Shown: positions 19,117 to 26,291 of the stretch, one piece after another
How positions within the stretch are numbered: the first letter of the stretch is position 1
Layout of the letters: every line of letters begins with the position of its first letter
Program-made: the position numbers and the translations under genes
The notes under the pieces: generated by a model
Seen by the model: the letters and a program-made list of their open reading frames with translations, nothing else
Told to the model about the DNA's origin: nothing
Database searches by the model: none
Assembly: GCA_052034405.1 (NCBI GenBank)
Contig: JBPOIO010000004.1
Location: forward strand, 751-64,750
Direction of reading: 5' to 3'
Length of the DNA stretch: 64,000 nt
From: Candidatus Magasanikiibacteriota bacterium
GTDB lineage: Bacteria; Patescibacteriota; Patescibacteriia; Magasanikbacterales; UBA922

Positions 19117-20121
19117 CTACGAGAGAAGAGCAAGAACGCCTTCGAGTTCGCTCCGGAGTGCCTTCTTCTCGGCGTCCGACAGCTCCTTGGCGTTGAACTT
19201 GACGGGGCGCAAGCGCACGTCACCGATCTTCAGGTTGGTGCCGTCCGAGCGGAAGATGCTCGGGAGCGACTTCTTCTCCGATGCGCCCCGGAACGCCTCA
19301 TTGACGTGCCGAACGATCTGCGGGATGGAGAGTTCCTCGTTGTTGATGCGCGTGACCCACTCGATGTAGTGGAGCTTCGGGTACCTAGCCTTGAGCTTCT
19401 TCAGGGTCAGGGCATGGGTCGCCTTGAAGGTGGTCCCTTCCTCCCCGATGGCCGTCTGCACCTCAGCCGGCAGGTCGAGGAGCGCCAAGAGGTTGTTCTT
19501 CTGGCGCTTGGTGAGGTTCATGAGCTCAGCGACCTCGAAGCTCTTGTACCCCGAGTCCTGGTACCGCTTGATCACGTAGGCCCGGTCGATGTCCGAGTAG
19601 GTCTTGCGGGCCATGTTCTCGAGGACCGAGGCCCGGAACGCCTCCTGGTCGTCCACCAGGTCCCGGCGAACGTAGGCGGAGATGAAATCCGCCTTCAGCT
19701 CAGTGAGTGCCGTAGCCCGACGGAAGCCCGAGACGAGCTGCCACTTGAACCCGTCCTCGGGGCGCGGGTGAGGACGAACGACGGCCGGGATCTGCTGACC
19801 ACTCTCGCGGATGCTCTTGACGAGGTCGGCCACCCGCACGACCGCTCGGAAGCGGTACGTCACGTCGCCGAGGTCGATTTCGCTGAGCGGGACCTGACGA
19901 ACCACCAAGTCGTTGTCGAGGACCGTGGGGACGTCCACTGGGACCCGGCTCGCACCAGGCGGACGACCGCGGCGCTTCGCCGCAGATGGAGCGGCCTCGG
20001 TTGTGGGAGCGGGGGGCGTCGGCTCGGGTGTGGAGGTTTCCATGACCCTACTAGACGGAGCCTTCGCGGCGACTTTGCGATCTTTTTTCAACTGGCTCGG
20101 TTTTGGTGCGGGTCGGGGCAT
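19117..20121 (-). CDS. ParB/Sulfiredoxin-domain protein (ParB-like partition/nuclease)
   Basis: N-terminal ParB motif (LSEIDLGDVTYRFR ... VSGFRRATAL) followed by HTH-like and C-terminal helical regions. The N-terminus is Pro/Ala-rich. Confidence 0.65.
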   Translation of the reverse strand: MPRPAPKPSQLKKDRKVAAKAPSSRVMETSTPEPTPPAPTTEAAPSAAKRRGRPPGASRVPVDVPTVLDNDLVVRQVPLSEIDLGDVTYRFRAVVRVADLVKSIRESGQQIPAVVRPHPRPEDGFKWQLVSGFRRATALTELKADFISAYVRRDLVDDQEAFRASVLENMARKTYSDIDRAYVIKRYQDSGYKSFEVAELMNLTKRQKNNLLALLDLPAEVQTAIGEEGTTFKATHALTLKKLKARYPKLHYIEWVTRINNEELSIPQIVRHVNEAFRGASEKKSLPSIFRSDGTNLKIGDVRLRPVKFNAKELSDAEKKALRSELEGVLALLS

Positions 20122-20182
20122 GATTATCTCCGCAGGTGATTGTGGAGAAGGTCATACGCCGACGAACAAGTGGCCGCAAGGT

Positions 20183-20198
20183 GGGAAATCGATTTCCC
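20183..20198. promoter_or_regulatory. perfect 16-bp palindrome GGGAAATCGATTTCCC in the divergent promoter region (candidate operator)
   Basis: Perfect palindrome between the divergent parB-like gene and the plus-strand operon. A near-identical copy is at 25386–25401. Confidence 0.4.
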
Positions 20199-20297
20199 GG
20201 GGCTTACCGGTTCCGCGACGCTTGACGGTTGGTCATCAGGCTGCTAACCATCCCGACAAGCTATGAAATCCAGCACAATAACTTGTAACAACACGGT

Positions 20298-20999
20298 GTG
20301 GAGCGCCTGTTGAGTGATCGTGAGTACGACTCGACAACGGAGGTCACAAGCGAGATCATTCAGCTAGCTGAAGCCGAATCGTTGGAAGAAGCCGTCGCAA
20401 AGTTGAACATGCTTCCGCTTACCGGCACCTCGAAAATTGCACTCAAGATGCTGTCCCCGTGGACCCGCGGCGGTGCCGAGACGTACGTGACAACATTTGA
20501 TATCACGGCGGGGGCGGAGTGTGCTCCTTGCATTCTAAAGGCCTGTGTGGCGTTCGCCATCACGCCTGGCGGAGTAGAAGCAATTCTGGAGTCGTGGATC
20601 GCCCGTAGACGGTTACTTGCGGCCCATGGAGCAGCGGTCCCGCGGCTCTATGCATACGGCCGCGGGGTCGTTCTCGAGGAACGACTTCCTTACAGAGCGC
20701 AGGACTTGATCGCTGCCAAATCTGCGACACGCCCCGCTGTATTAGCAAGCCTTTTCAAGTTGACCCGCGCCTTGGAGCAGGTACGATTCCAGCCCGTATC
20801 AATACTCCCTGATGTCATGTCGGACGGAGAACGGGCCGTTCTGGTGGATTTCGGCCAGGATCTTGGAGACCCGATGCCTGCCGAAACCGACGTAGACACC
20901 TACGCCCGCACGGTCGCCTCGCTCACACAACTCGGAATAAATCTCAGCCCCGAAGAGCAGGAACTTACACTTGCCGTGCATAACGGCCACGTACACTAG
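20298..20999 (+). CDS. hypothetical protein, first gene of the island operon (weak protein-kinase-like features)
   Basis: 233-aa ORF. Weak resemblance to kinase motifs (CILKAC as a possible beta3 Lys, VLVDFGQD as a possible DFG). Speculative. Its stop overlaps the next gene. Confidence 0.35.
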   Translation: MERLLSDREYDSTTEVTSEIIQLAEAESLEEAVAKLNMLPLTGTSKIALKMLSPWTRGGAETYVTTFDITAGAECAPCILKACVAFAITPGGVEAILESWIARRRLLAAHGAAVPRLYAYGRGVVLEERLPYRAQDLIAAKSATRPAVLASLFKLTRALEQVRFQPVSILPDVMSDGERAVLVDFGQDLGDPMPAETDVDTYARTVASLTQLGINLSPEEQELTLAVHNGHVH

Positions 21000-22005
21000 G
21001 ACCAGAATGAAAATTCGTGACGCAGTCGAAGCAGCGCATTCCGTGAACGACGGGGCAACCGTAGTTGCCCCCCTAGATCTCGGCGGGAACGAGCAGAACC
21101 AGCTTCTGATGTTCCTGAAACCGGAGACCTTCCTGAGCAACGATAGGGAAACGCCAGCAACGGTGGCCGATCTTGCTGACCGCCTCATCAACTCGTTCCG
21201 ACTGCGGATGTCTGGGATCATCGGAGTGTCCGGGCCGACGCTCGGGTCACTCCGTGCAATGGACAAGCACTACGGCTTCATCAACAAGATGTCACGGGCT
21301 GCATCCGTCTCGCTGGATGCCAAAACGCTTGAAGGTCTTCGGTCCCGGTATGCCACTGGACCGGATGGCGCGGTTCTGGGTGGCCACGAGTTCCTTGAGC
21401 GTCATCAGGACTGGGATGCCCAGAAGCTGGACACGCTGTGGGCGACGAAGAAGAGCGACCGAATTCGAAGTGGCCTGTATGCTCAGCTCTACGACATTCC
21501 CGGCACTGGACCGACCATCCTGCTCAACGGCTTTCATCCTGCACAACTTGAACACTTCACTGCGCCAGGTCGAAAGGTCATCCTGATCGTGCTGAACAGC
21601 GACCTGCCCTGGTCTGTTCTGCGACGACGGATGCTCGGTGACACCTTCCCGGAGAAGGCGGTTGCGGGCTCGTTCAGGCGCGCACTCTACGACACCCGAG
21701 AGAAGTTGGGCTTGCCGGACGTCTCAATCGCCAACAATTTCGCGCATCTCTCGGCTGGACCATTCGAAGCTGCGTTTGAACTGAACAACTTCCTCGGATC
21801 TGTCTGCCCAGACCAGTTCACAATTGCGAACAGCCGATTGTGGAAGCACGGCCTGCGAATCGGGTTGACCAACGACCAGTTGGCTGGGTCACTCAACAAT
21901 CCGCCCGTGGAGGTCGCTGGAACGCGGCTTCCGCTCTTCGACGCTACCGAAGATTGTGACTCGCTGACCTCTCTTCAGCTGCTGGCATCGCACGGCGCGG
22001 GCTGA
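20971..22005 (+). CDS. nucleoside-diphosphate-kinase-like protein with an approximately 70-aa insertion (start probably at Met 21007)
   Basis: By-eye alignment to Ndk. LMFLKPETF matches IIKPNAV. FHPAQLEHFTAPGRKVILIVL matches FF.GLVEFMTSGPIVV.VL. RRRMLGDTFPEKAVAGSFRRALYD matches LLGATNPA.ALAGTLRADYA. NNFAHLSAGPFEAAFEL matches NGTHGSDSVESAAREI, with the catalytic His retained. Confidence 0.5.
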   Translation: MPCITATYTRTRMKIRDAVEAAHSVNDGATVVAPLDLGGNEQNQLLMFLKPETFLSNDRETPATVADLADRLINSFRLRMSGIIGVSGPTLGSLRAMDKHYGFINKMSRAASVSLDAKTLEGLRSRYATGPDGAVLGGHEFLERHQDWDAQKLDTLWATKKSDRIRSGLYAQLYDIPGTGPTILLNGFHPAQLEHFTAPGRKVILIVLNSDLPWSVLRRRMLGDTFPEKAVAGSFRRALYDTREKLGLPDVSIANNFAHLSAGPFEAAFELNNFLGSVCPDQFTIANSRLWKHGLRIGLTNDQLAGSLNNPPVEVAGTRLPLFDATEDCDSLTSLQLLASHGAG

Positions 22006-22018
22006 ATCGAGGCGACCT

Positions 22019-22873
22019 ATGGCGTCAAGTGCACCACGCGGCTGGCTCGGAAAAACGGCTGGCGTATTTAGCCTACACGAGTCTGACCGTACGTGCGGAT
22101 CGTATATTTCTATCCGAGACGCTGCCACGATTCTAAAGGTCGACCCTGCCGAACTCGACCACTACCGGCTCGCACAGCACGGCGAGCAAGATTTCACGAC
22201 AGACAAGACGCTTGGTCGCGCATGGGCTTCTGGCCAGATCACGAGTCCTCGCACATCCATGCGGCGCGGAAATTCCATGGTAAGTTTCGACGAACTCATC
22301 GTGCTCACTCTCATTGAGTTGACCTTGCCTGGTGCAGCCGTTCATCCGCAAAAAGAGGTTGATAGGTTCCTGATAGACTTTCTCGTGGAACACAATGGCG
22401 TAACAATTGCGCTTGAGTTTTGCGGACCGCACCACTTCATTCGACGACACCCAGGAGAGCGCACGCCCCTGGACCCGCGTGTTCGCGCTGAGCGCATTTC
22501 GCGGCTGCTGAACGTCGAGTGCGTTATCTGGCCGTATTGGGTCCAACGATGTGAGTCAAACGTCCGAGCCCTTTTTGATTCCTCAGTGCGCGGAATCGCC
22601 AGCGTTTGGTCAACAAGCGCCCAGTTCGGCAACTTTTCATTTCCTGACTCTCACAAAGTGATTCAGGACATCAACGCGCGCTTTCGAGTGGAACGGGAAA
22701 CTGGCATCGGGTACATGTACACTGACGAAATCGTGAGCAAGCCAGTGCACCCCGTGGTCTCCCAGATTAGACGGGGACGGGAGTCCGTTTCAAAACTCGT
22801 CCCGCCCGGTTCCACATCGTCGAAGCGATACTGGGTTCCACGGGTGCTTTGGTCCGTAATCGACGGTGGCTAG
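22019..22873 (+). CDS. DUF559/Vsr-like restriction-endonuclease-fold protein
   Basis: DRFLIDFLVEHNGVTIALEFCGPHHF followed by DPRVRAERISRLLNVECVIWPYW matches the DUF559 pattern (DF..x..L.iE.DG..H ... D..R...L...G..V.R). The usual Asp is replaced by Cys (EFCG). Confidence 0.45.
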   Translation: MASSAPRGWLGKTAGVFSLHESDRTCGSYISIRDAATILKVDPAELDHYRLAQHGEQDFTTDKTLGRAWASGQITSPRTSMRRGNSMVSFDELIVLTLIELTLPGAAVHPQKEVDRFLIDFLVEHNGVTIALEFCGPHHFIRRHPGERTPLDPRVRAERISRLLNVECVIWPYWVQRCESNVRALFDSSVRGIASVWSTSAQFGNFSFPDSHKVIQDINARFRVERETGIGYMYTDEIVSKPVHPVVSQIRRGRESVSKLVPPGSTSSKRYWVPRVLWSVIDGG

Positions 22874-24641
22874 CATGACTGACGACTTTCACGTCGACGC
22901 CGGCCTAATTCAAGCAGCGCAGGCGCTGGCGCGCATCATGCGAGAGCAGGAGTTCTGCCTCTACCTAACCGGGCTCGCCGCGTCAGGGAAGACCGCCGCA
23001 GCAGAAATCATTTCGCGGATGACGGGTGTGCCCGTTGTTGACTCCGGCCTGGTATTCCGACTCGCTGCCTATCTTTGCGTACATGTTCCTGTCGCAGCAG
23101 AGAATCCGGGCGTGCTCGCCCGCCTCTTGGGTGAGCACACAATCAAGGTCGTGAACGGGCAATATCGAATTCTGTCTGGTGACTCGGACATTACGGAGAG
23201 ACTTCAGGCGCCAGATGTCGGCTCTCAGGCGACTGCAACGGCCGCGGAACCTAGACTTCGAGAAGTGATTCTTACCTTTCTAAGATCTAGGACGAAGGCG
23301 CCAGCCATCGTGGCTGCACGCGGCGTTACTGAACCACTCACAACAGGAAACTTCGTTCAGATAGAATTGCGAGCAGACCTAGAGGTTCGCGCGGCTCGGC
23401 GCGCTAAGCAAAGTGGTTCGCCAGTTGCTACGATTCGAAAGAGCATACGAGCTCGAGACGACCGCGACCAACGCGGCCCGTCACGGTATCCAAGCGCTGA
23501 CTTTGTTGACAGTTCGAAACTGACCCTTCATGAGACCGTAGCCCGAGTTGTTGAAAGAACGACCGCGCGGATTTCTCGCCTTCTGAGCATCTCTGAATTT
23601 AGGAAAGTTGAGTTCAACAACGCTGAACAGCTGAGCAACCCCTTGCTTGTACGTCTCTGGGCCGAAGCACAGGCAGGACTTGAGGAGGAAGAAAGCACAC
23701 AGGGCATCCCGAAGGGGCACGCGAAAGCACGTTTTCTCCTCAATCTCTCGCGTTACTCGTCGCTGGATCTACTGGGACTGTCGCATTCATGGATGCCTGG
23801 GGCTCTGCCGGGACTTGTGGACACAGCCGCTGCTGTCCCCGCAAACGACTTGCTGATGCGCGAGTGTGCTAGAACGGTGGAAGAGCGGGCCAAGTCGATT
23901 CGGCGATTCATGGAAGCGACACGCTTTCCGAGTGCTATTTTTGATGAAAGATCCCTTCGGCTTGAGCTTGTTCGAGGGCGACCAGTGGGGACCTCGGAAG
24001 GTGGAGAGGTGGTAGAACACTATCACCTCCGTGACACGTCCCCAGAAGTCGGCATGTGGCTCGAAAACAATCTTCACTACTTAGGTGCAGCACGCCTCGA
24101 CACCACTCATAGAGTCGCGCTTGTAGAAGCGTCGAGTGAATTTCCTGTCCTGTACTTGTCATTCGCTCCAAACACTCGCAAGTACATGGAGCCGCTCCTG
24201 TGGCGAGTCGGACTCAGGTTAGAGGAGGTTGCTGTCGCAGTACGTGGCTACGGAACGCCCCGTTGTCCTCGGAATGCGATGGCATGGTTCCTTCGTGAGG
24301 CATGTGCTCGGGTCAAGCAAGACTTTCCACATCTCCGTGCCGTTGTCACAGACATCAACCCCAACTGGGGCTTCAGCGGATCGTCCTTTCAGGAGGCCGG
24401 ATTTGTCACGTTGGGAATGAAGTACGCTCCCACAAGCTTTGTCGCGGGCGATTATTCCCCGCGACGGAGCCTCGAGCGCCAACCCGGAAGCCGCGCGGCA
24501 GTTGGGAACAGACTGCCGCTGGTTCCAACGTTGGTCATGATTAGGCCATTTCCCAAGGAATCCATTCTTCGAACACGTATTGCAGAGTCGGTGGTTGATG
24601 GTGTATACTTGATACCTCGGGACTTGTATGAAGAAAAATAG
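22866..24641 (+). CDS. cytidylate-kinase-like P-loop kinase fused to a C-terminal GNAT-like acetyltransferase domain
   Basis: N-terminal about 235 aa align by eye to Cmk: LYLTGLAASGKTAAAEIISRMTGVPVVDSGLVFRLAA versus ITIDGPSGAGKGT...LLDSGAIYRVLA; LSGDSDITERLQAPDVGSQATATAAEPRLRE; IRARDDRDQRGPSRYP versus IKERDDRDRNRAVAPL. The C-terminus has a GNAT-like motif A (VRGYGTP) and NPNWGFSGSSFQEAGF. Confidence 0.55.
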   Translation: MASMTDDFHVDAGLIQAAQALARIMREQEFCLYLTGLAASGKTAAAEIISRMTGVPVVDSGLVFRLAAYLCVHVPVAAENPGVLARLLGEHTIKVVNGQYRILSGDSDITERLQAPDVGSQATATAAEPRLREVILTFLRSRTKAPAIVAARGVTEPLTTGNFVQIELRADLEVRAARRAKQSGSPVATIRKSIRARDDRDQRGPSRYPSADFVDSSKLTLHETVARVVERTTARISRLLSISEFRKVEFNNAEQLSNPLLVRLWAEAQAGLEEEESTQGIPKGHAKARFLLNLSRYSSLDLLGLSHSWMPGALPGLVDTAAAVPANDLLMRECARTVEERAKSIRRFMEATRFPSAIFDERSLRLELVRGRPVGTSEGGEVVEHYHLRDTSPEVGMWLENNLHYLGAARLDTTHRVALVEASSEFPVLYLSFAPNTRKYMEPLLWRVGLRLEEVAVAVRGYGTPRCPRNAMAWFLREACARVKQDFPHLRAVVTDINPNWGFSGSSFQEAGFVTLGMKYAPTSFVAGDYSPRRSLERQPGSRAAVGNRLPLVPTLVMIRPFPKESILRTRIAESVVDGVYLIPRDLYEEK

Positions 24642-24644
24642 CCT

Positions 24645-25217
24645 ATGAGAATCCTTGTAGCCACCCGCAACAGGGACAAATTCAATATCGTCAAGCGCCT
24701 GGTAGAAGCAACTGTGCCGGACGCACATCTTGTTTTTCTCGGCGACACTCCGATCAGCGGAGACGTTGTTGAAGCAGGGTCAATCCACGAACGCGCCCGG
24801 CAAAAGGCAGTGTACTTTTGGGGGCGCTTGGAGTGGTCTACAATAGCCGACGACTTCGATTCAGTGCTGGCGGTGGACGACGGGCTGAGCGTCGGCGGCG
24901 CGGAAGCCACGCCTCACTCCAAAGAGATGACAGAACGAATACTCAGTGAGGCGTGGCCAACGGGAACTAAGGTGGATGTCGTTCGCGCGTTTTGCCTGAT
25001 AAGGCGTGGGGAAGTGCCGCGTGTGGAACTCACGGCGATCCCGTTTGTATTTGTAGGCAATCCACATGGCGTCCAACGTGAAGACGGTACGTATCCGTTG
25101 AGCCAGGTCCTTAGCCCCGAGGGAATGGCTCAACCAGTGTCTCAACTCACAAACGATGAAGAAGATGCATTCTACCTTCGCCACTCTCGGGAGCCGCTCG
25201 TTGCGCTGTTCTCATAG
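24645..25217 (+). CDS. Ham1/ITPase-like (RdgB-family) non-canonical NTP pyrophosphatase-like protein
   Basis: MRILVATRNRDKFNIVKRLV versus MKIVFATGNKGK; TIADDFDSVLAVDDGLSVGGAEAT versus AIADDSGLAVDVLGGAPG. It starts 4 nt after the upstream stop. Confidence 0.5.
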   Translation: MRILVATRNRDKFNIVKRLVEATVPDAHLVFLGDTPISGDVVEAGSIHERARQKAVYFWGRLEWSTIADDFDSVLAVDDGLSVGGAEATPHSKEMTERILSEAWPTGTKVDVVRAFCLIRRGEVPRVELTAIPFVFVGNPHGVQREDGTYPLSQVLSPEGMAQPVSQLTNDEEDAFYLRHSREPLVALFS

Positions 25218-25260
25218 TGATCGGCACCCCAAATCATGGACATTGGCAATCAAGTAATTG

Positions 25261-25297
25261 CTCGACCAGGGTCCTGACTTCTATCCTCGCTGTGCAC
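25261..25297 (+). repeat. 37-bp direct repeat copy 1 (CTCGACCAGGGTCCTGACTTCTATCCTCGCTGTGCAC), candidate att/junction site
   Basis: 33 of 37 positions are identical to 27494–27530. Weaker similarity extends about 14 nt upstream. It contains a GTGCAC core. Confidence 0.6.
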
Positions 25298-25385
25298 TAA
25301 CCGTGAGCATGTCGAACTGAGCATGCTCTAACGAAACATCGCGTAATTGCGATGTTTTCATTTTCTAAGCAGTCGTTCGAGCACG

Positions 25386-25401
25386 CGGGAAATCGACTTC
25401 C
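25386..25401. promoter_or_regulatory. second copy of the GGGAAATCGAyTTCCC palindrome (one mismatch) upstream of the PD-(D/E)xK gene
   Basis: GGGAAATCGACTTCCC, about 57 nt upstream of the ATG at 25458. It is adjacent to the palindrome GAGCATGCTC at 25311–25340. Confidence 0.35.
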
Positions 25402-25457
25402 CAGCAATTCGAACAGGGCTTGTTGGCCTTTCTCTGATATGGTAACATTTAACTAAT

Positions 25458-26291
25458 ATGTTGAAATCACACATGGCTGCCCGCGAGGGCGTACTGCTTG
25501 CCAGCAGTAAGGTCGCAGCAAATACAGGGCATTCGCTTCATAAGGGAACGCCTCGCGAGATCTTTATCCGCGAGTTCCTGGAAAGCCATCTCGCCGAGAC
25601 CGTCGCGATCGGCACTGGCGAAGTGATCGACTCAGAATCGATGCCGAATCCGCCACCGACAAGACAGCGCAATCAGTACGACATCATCATTTACAAGAAG
25701 AATTATCCAAAACTCGCCATCGGCGGTGGGATCTCGGCGTTTCTTTGCGAGTCGGTTGTAGCGACAATCGAAGTGAAATCCACTCTCACTAAGGATGAGC
25801 TACAATCGAGTGCAAGAGCCGCGCGAGCTGCGAAGCTACTCAAACCCAGTAGAGTCGAGGCTTTCAGGACAGGCTACCACCCGCCGTCGATCTTGAACTA
25901 CGTCGTGGCATATGACGGACCTGCATCAATGAAGACTGTGGCCGGTTGGCTACAGGATGCTGACGCGTACGCTGGAGTGCCAGGGCATCCGGATCTAAGT
26001 GGTGCCGACAGAACTCAGAAGGCGAGCCCGAGCCTCGATGGCGTGTTCGTGATGGGCAAAGGGTTCATGTTGTACGGCAATTCACCACTTTCTATTCTTT
26101 CGGTGGACGACCGCAAACGTGCGTCGAACCTCAAATGGGAATTCGCTGACTGCGAAGTTGGAAGTCTGTTCTTGCTATTCGTAACGTTGAGCCAAGTCGT
26201 GAGTGGGCACTCTGCGACCTGGCTCGACGCTGGGCCATACCTCAGCGGATTCTCTGTCCAAAATGATTCAATTGGCATGGTCGGCTGGTAG
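25458..26291 (+). CDS. PD-(D/E)xK nuclease-fold hypothetical protein
   Basis: DIIIYKK ... ESVVATIEVKST gives the D...(E)xK arrangement typical of restriction-endonuclease-like folds. No closer family recognised. Confidence 0.4.
   Translation: MLKSHMAAREGVLLASSKVAANTGHSLHKGTPREIFIREFLESHLAETVAIGTGEVIDSESMPNPPPTRQRNQYDIIIYKKNYPKLAIGGGISAFLCESVVATIEVKSTLTKDELQSSARAARAAKLLKPSRVEAFRTGYHPPSILNYVVAYDGPASMKTVAGWLQDADAYAGVPGHPDLSGADRTQKASPSLDGVFVMGKGFMLYGNSPLSILSVDDRKRASNLKWEFADCEVGSLFLLFVTLSQVVSGHSATWLDAGPYLSGFSVQNDSIGMVGW

Noticed and set aside
17051-20266. Several 100–390-aa plus-strand ORFs (17025, 17548, 18206, 18441, 18961, 19913) and minus-strand ORFs (17499, 18508, 18861) inside the island
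   Set aside because: All are antisense or out-of-frame to the T4CP-like and ParB-like genes. They have Arg/Ser/Pro-rich low complexity with no motif, which is typical of GC-rich shadow ORFs.
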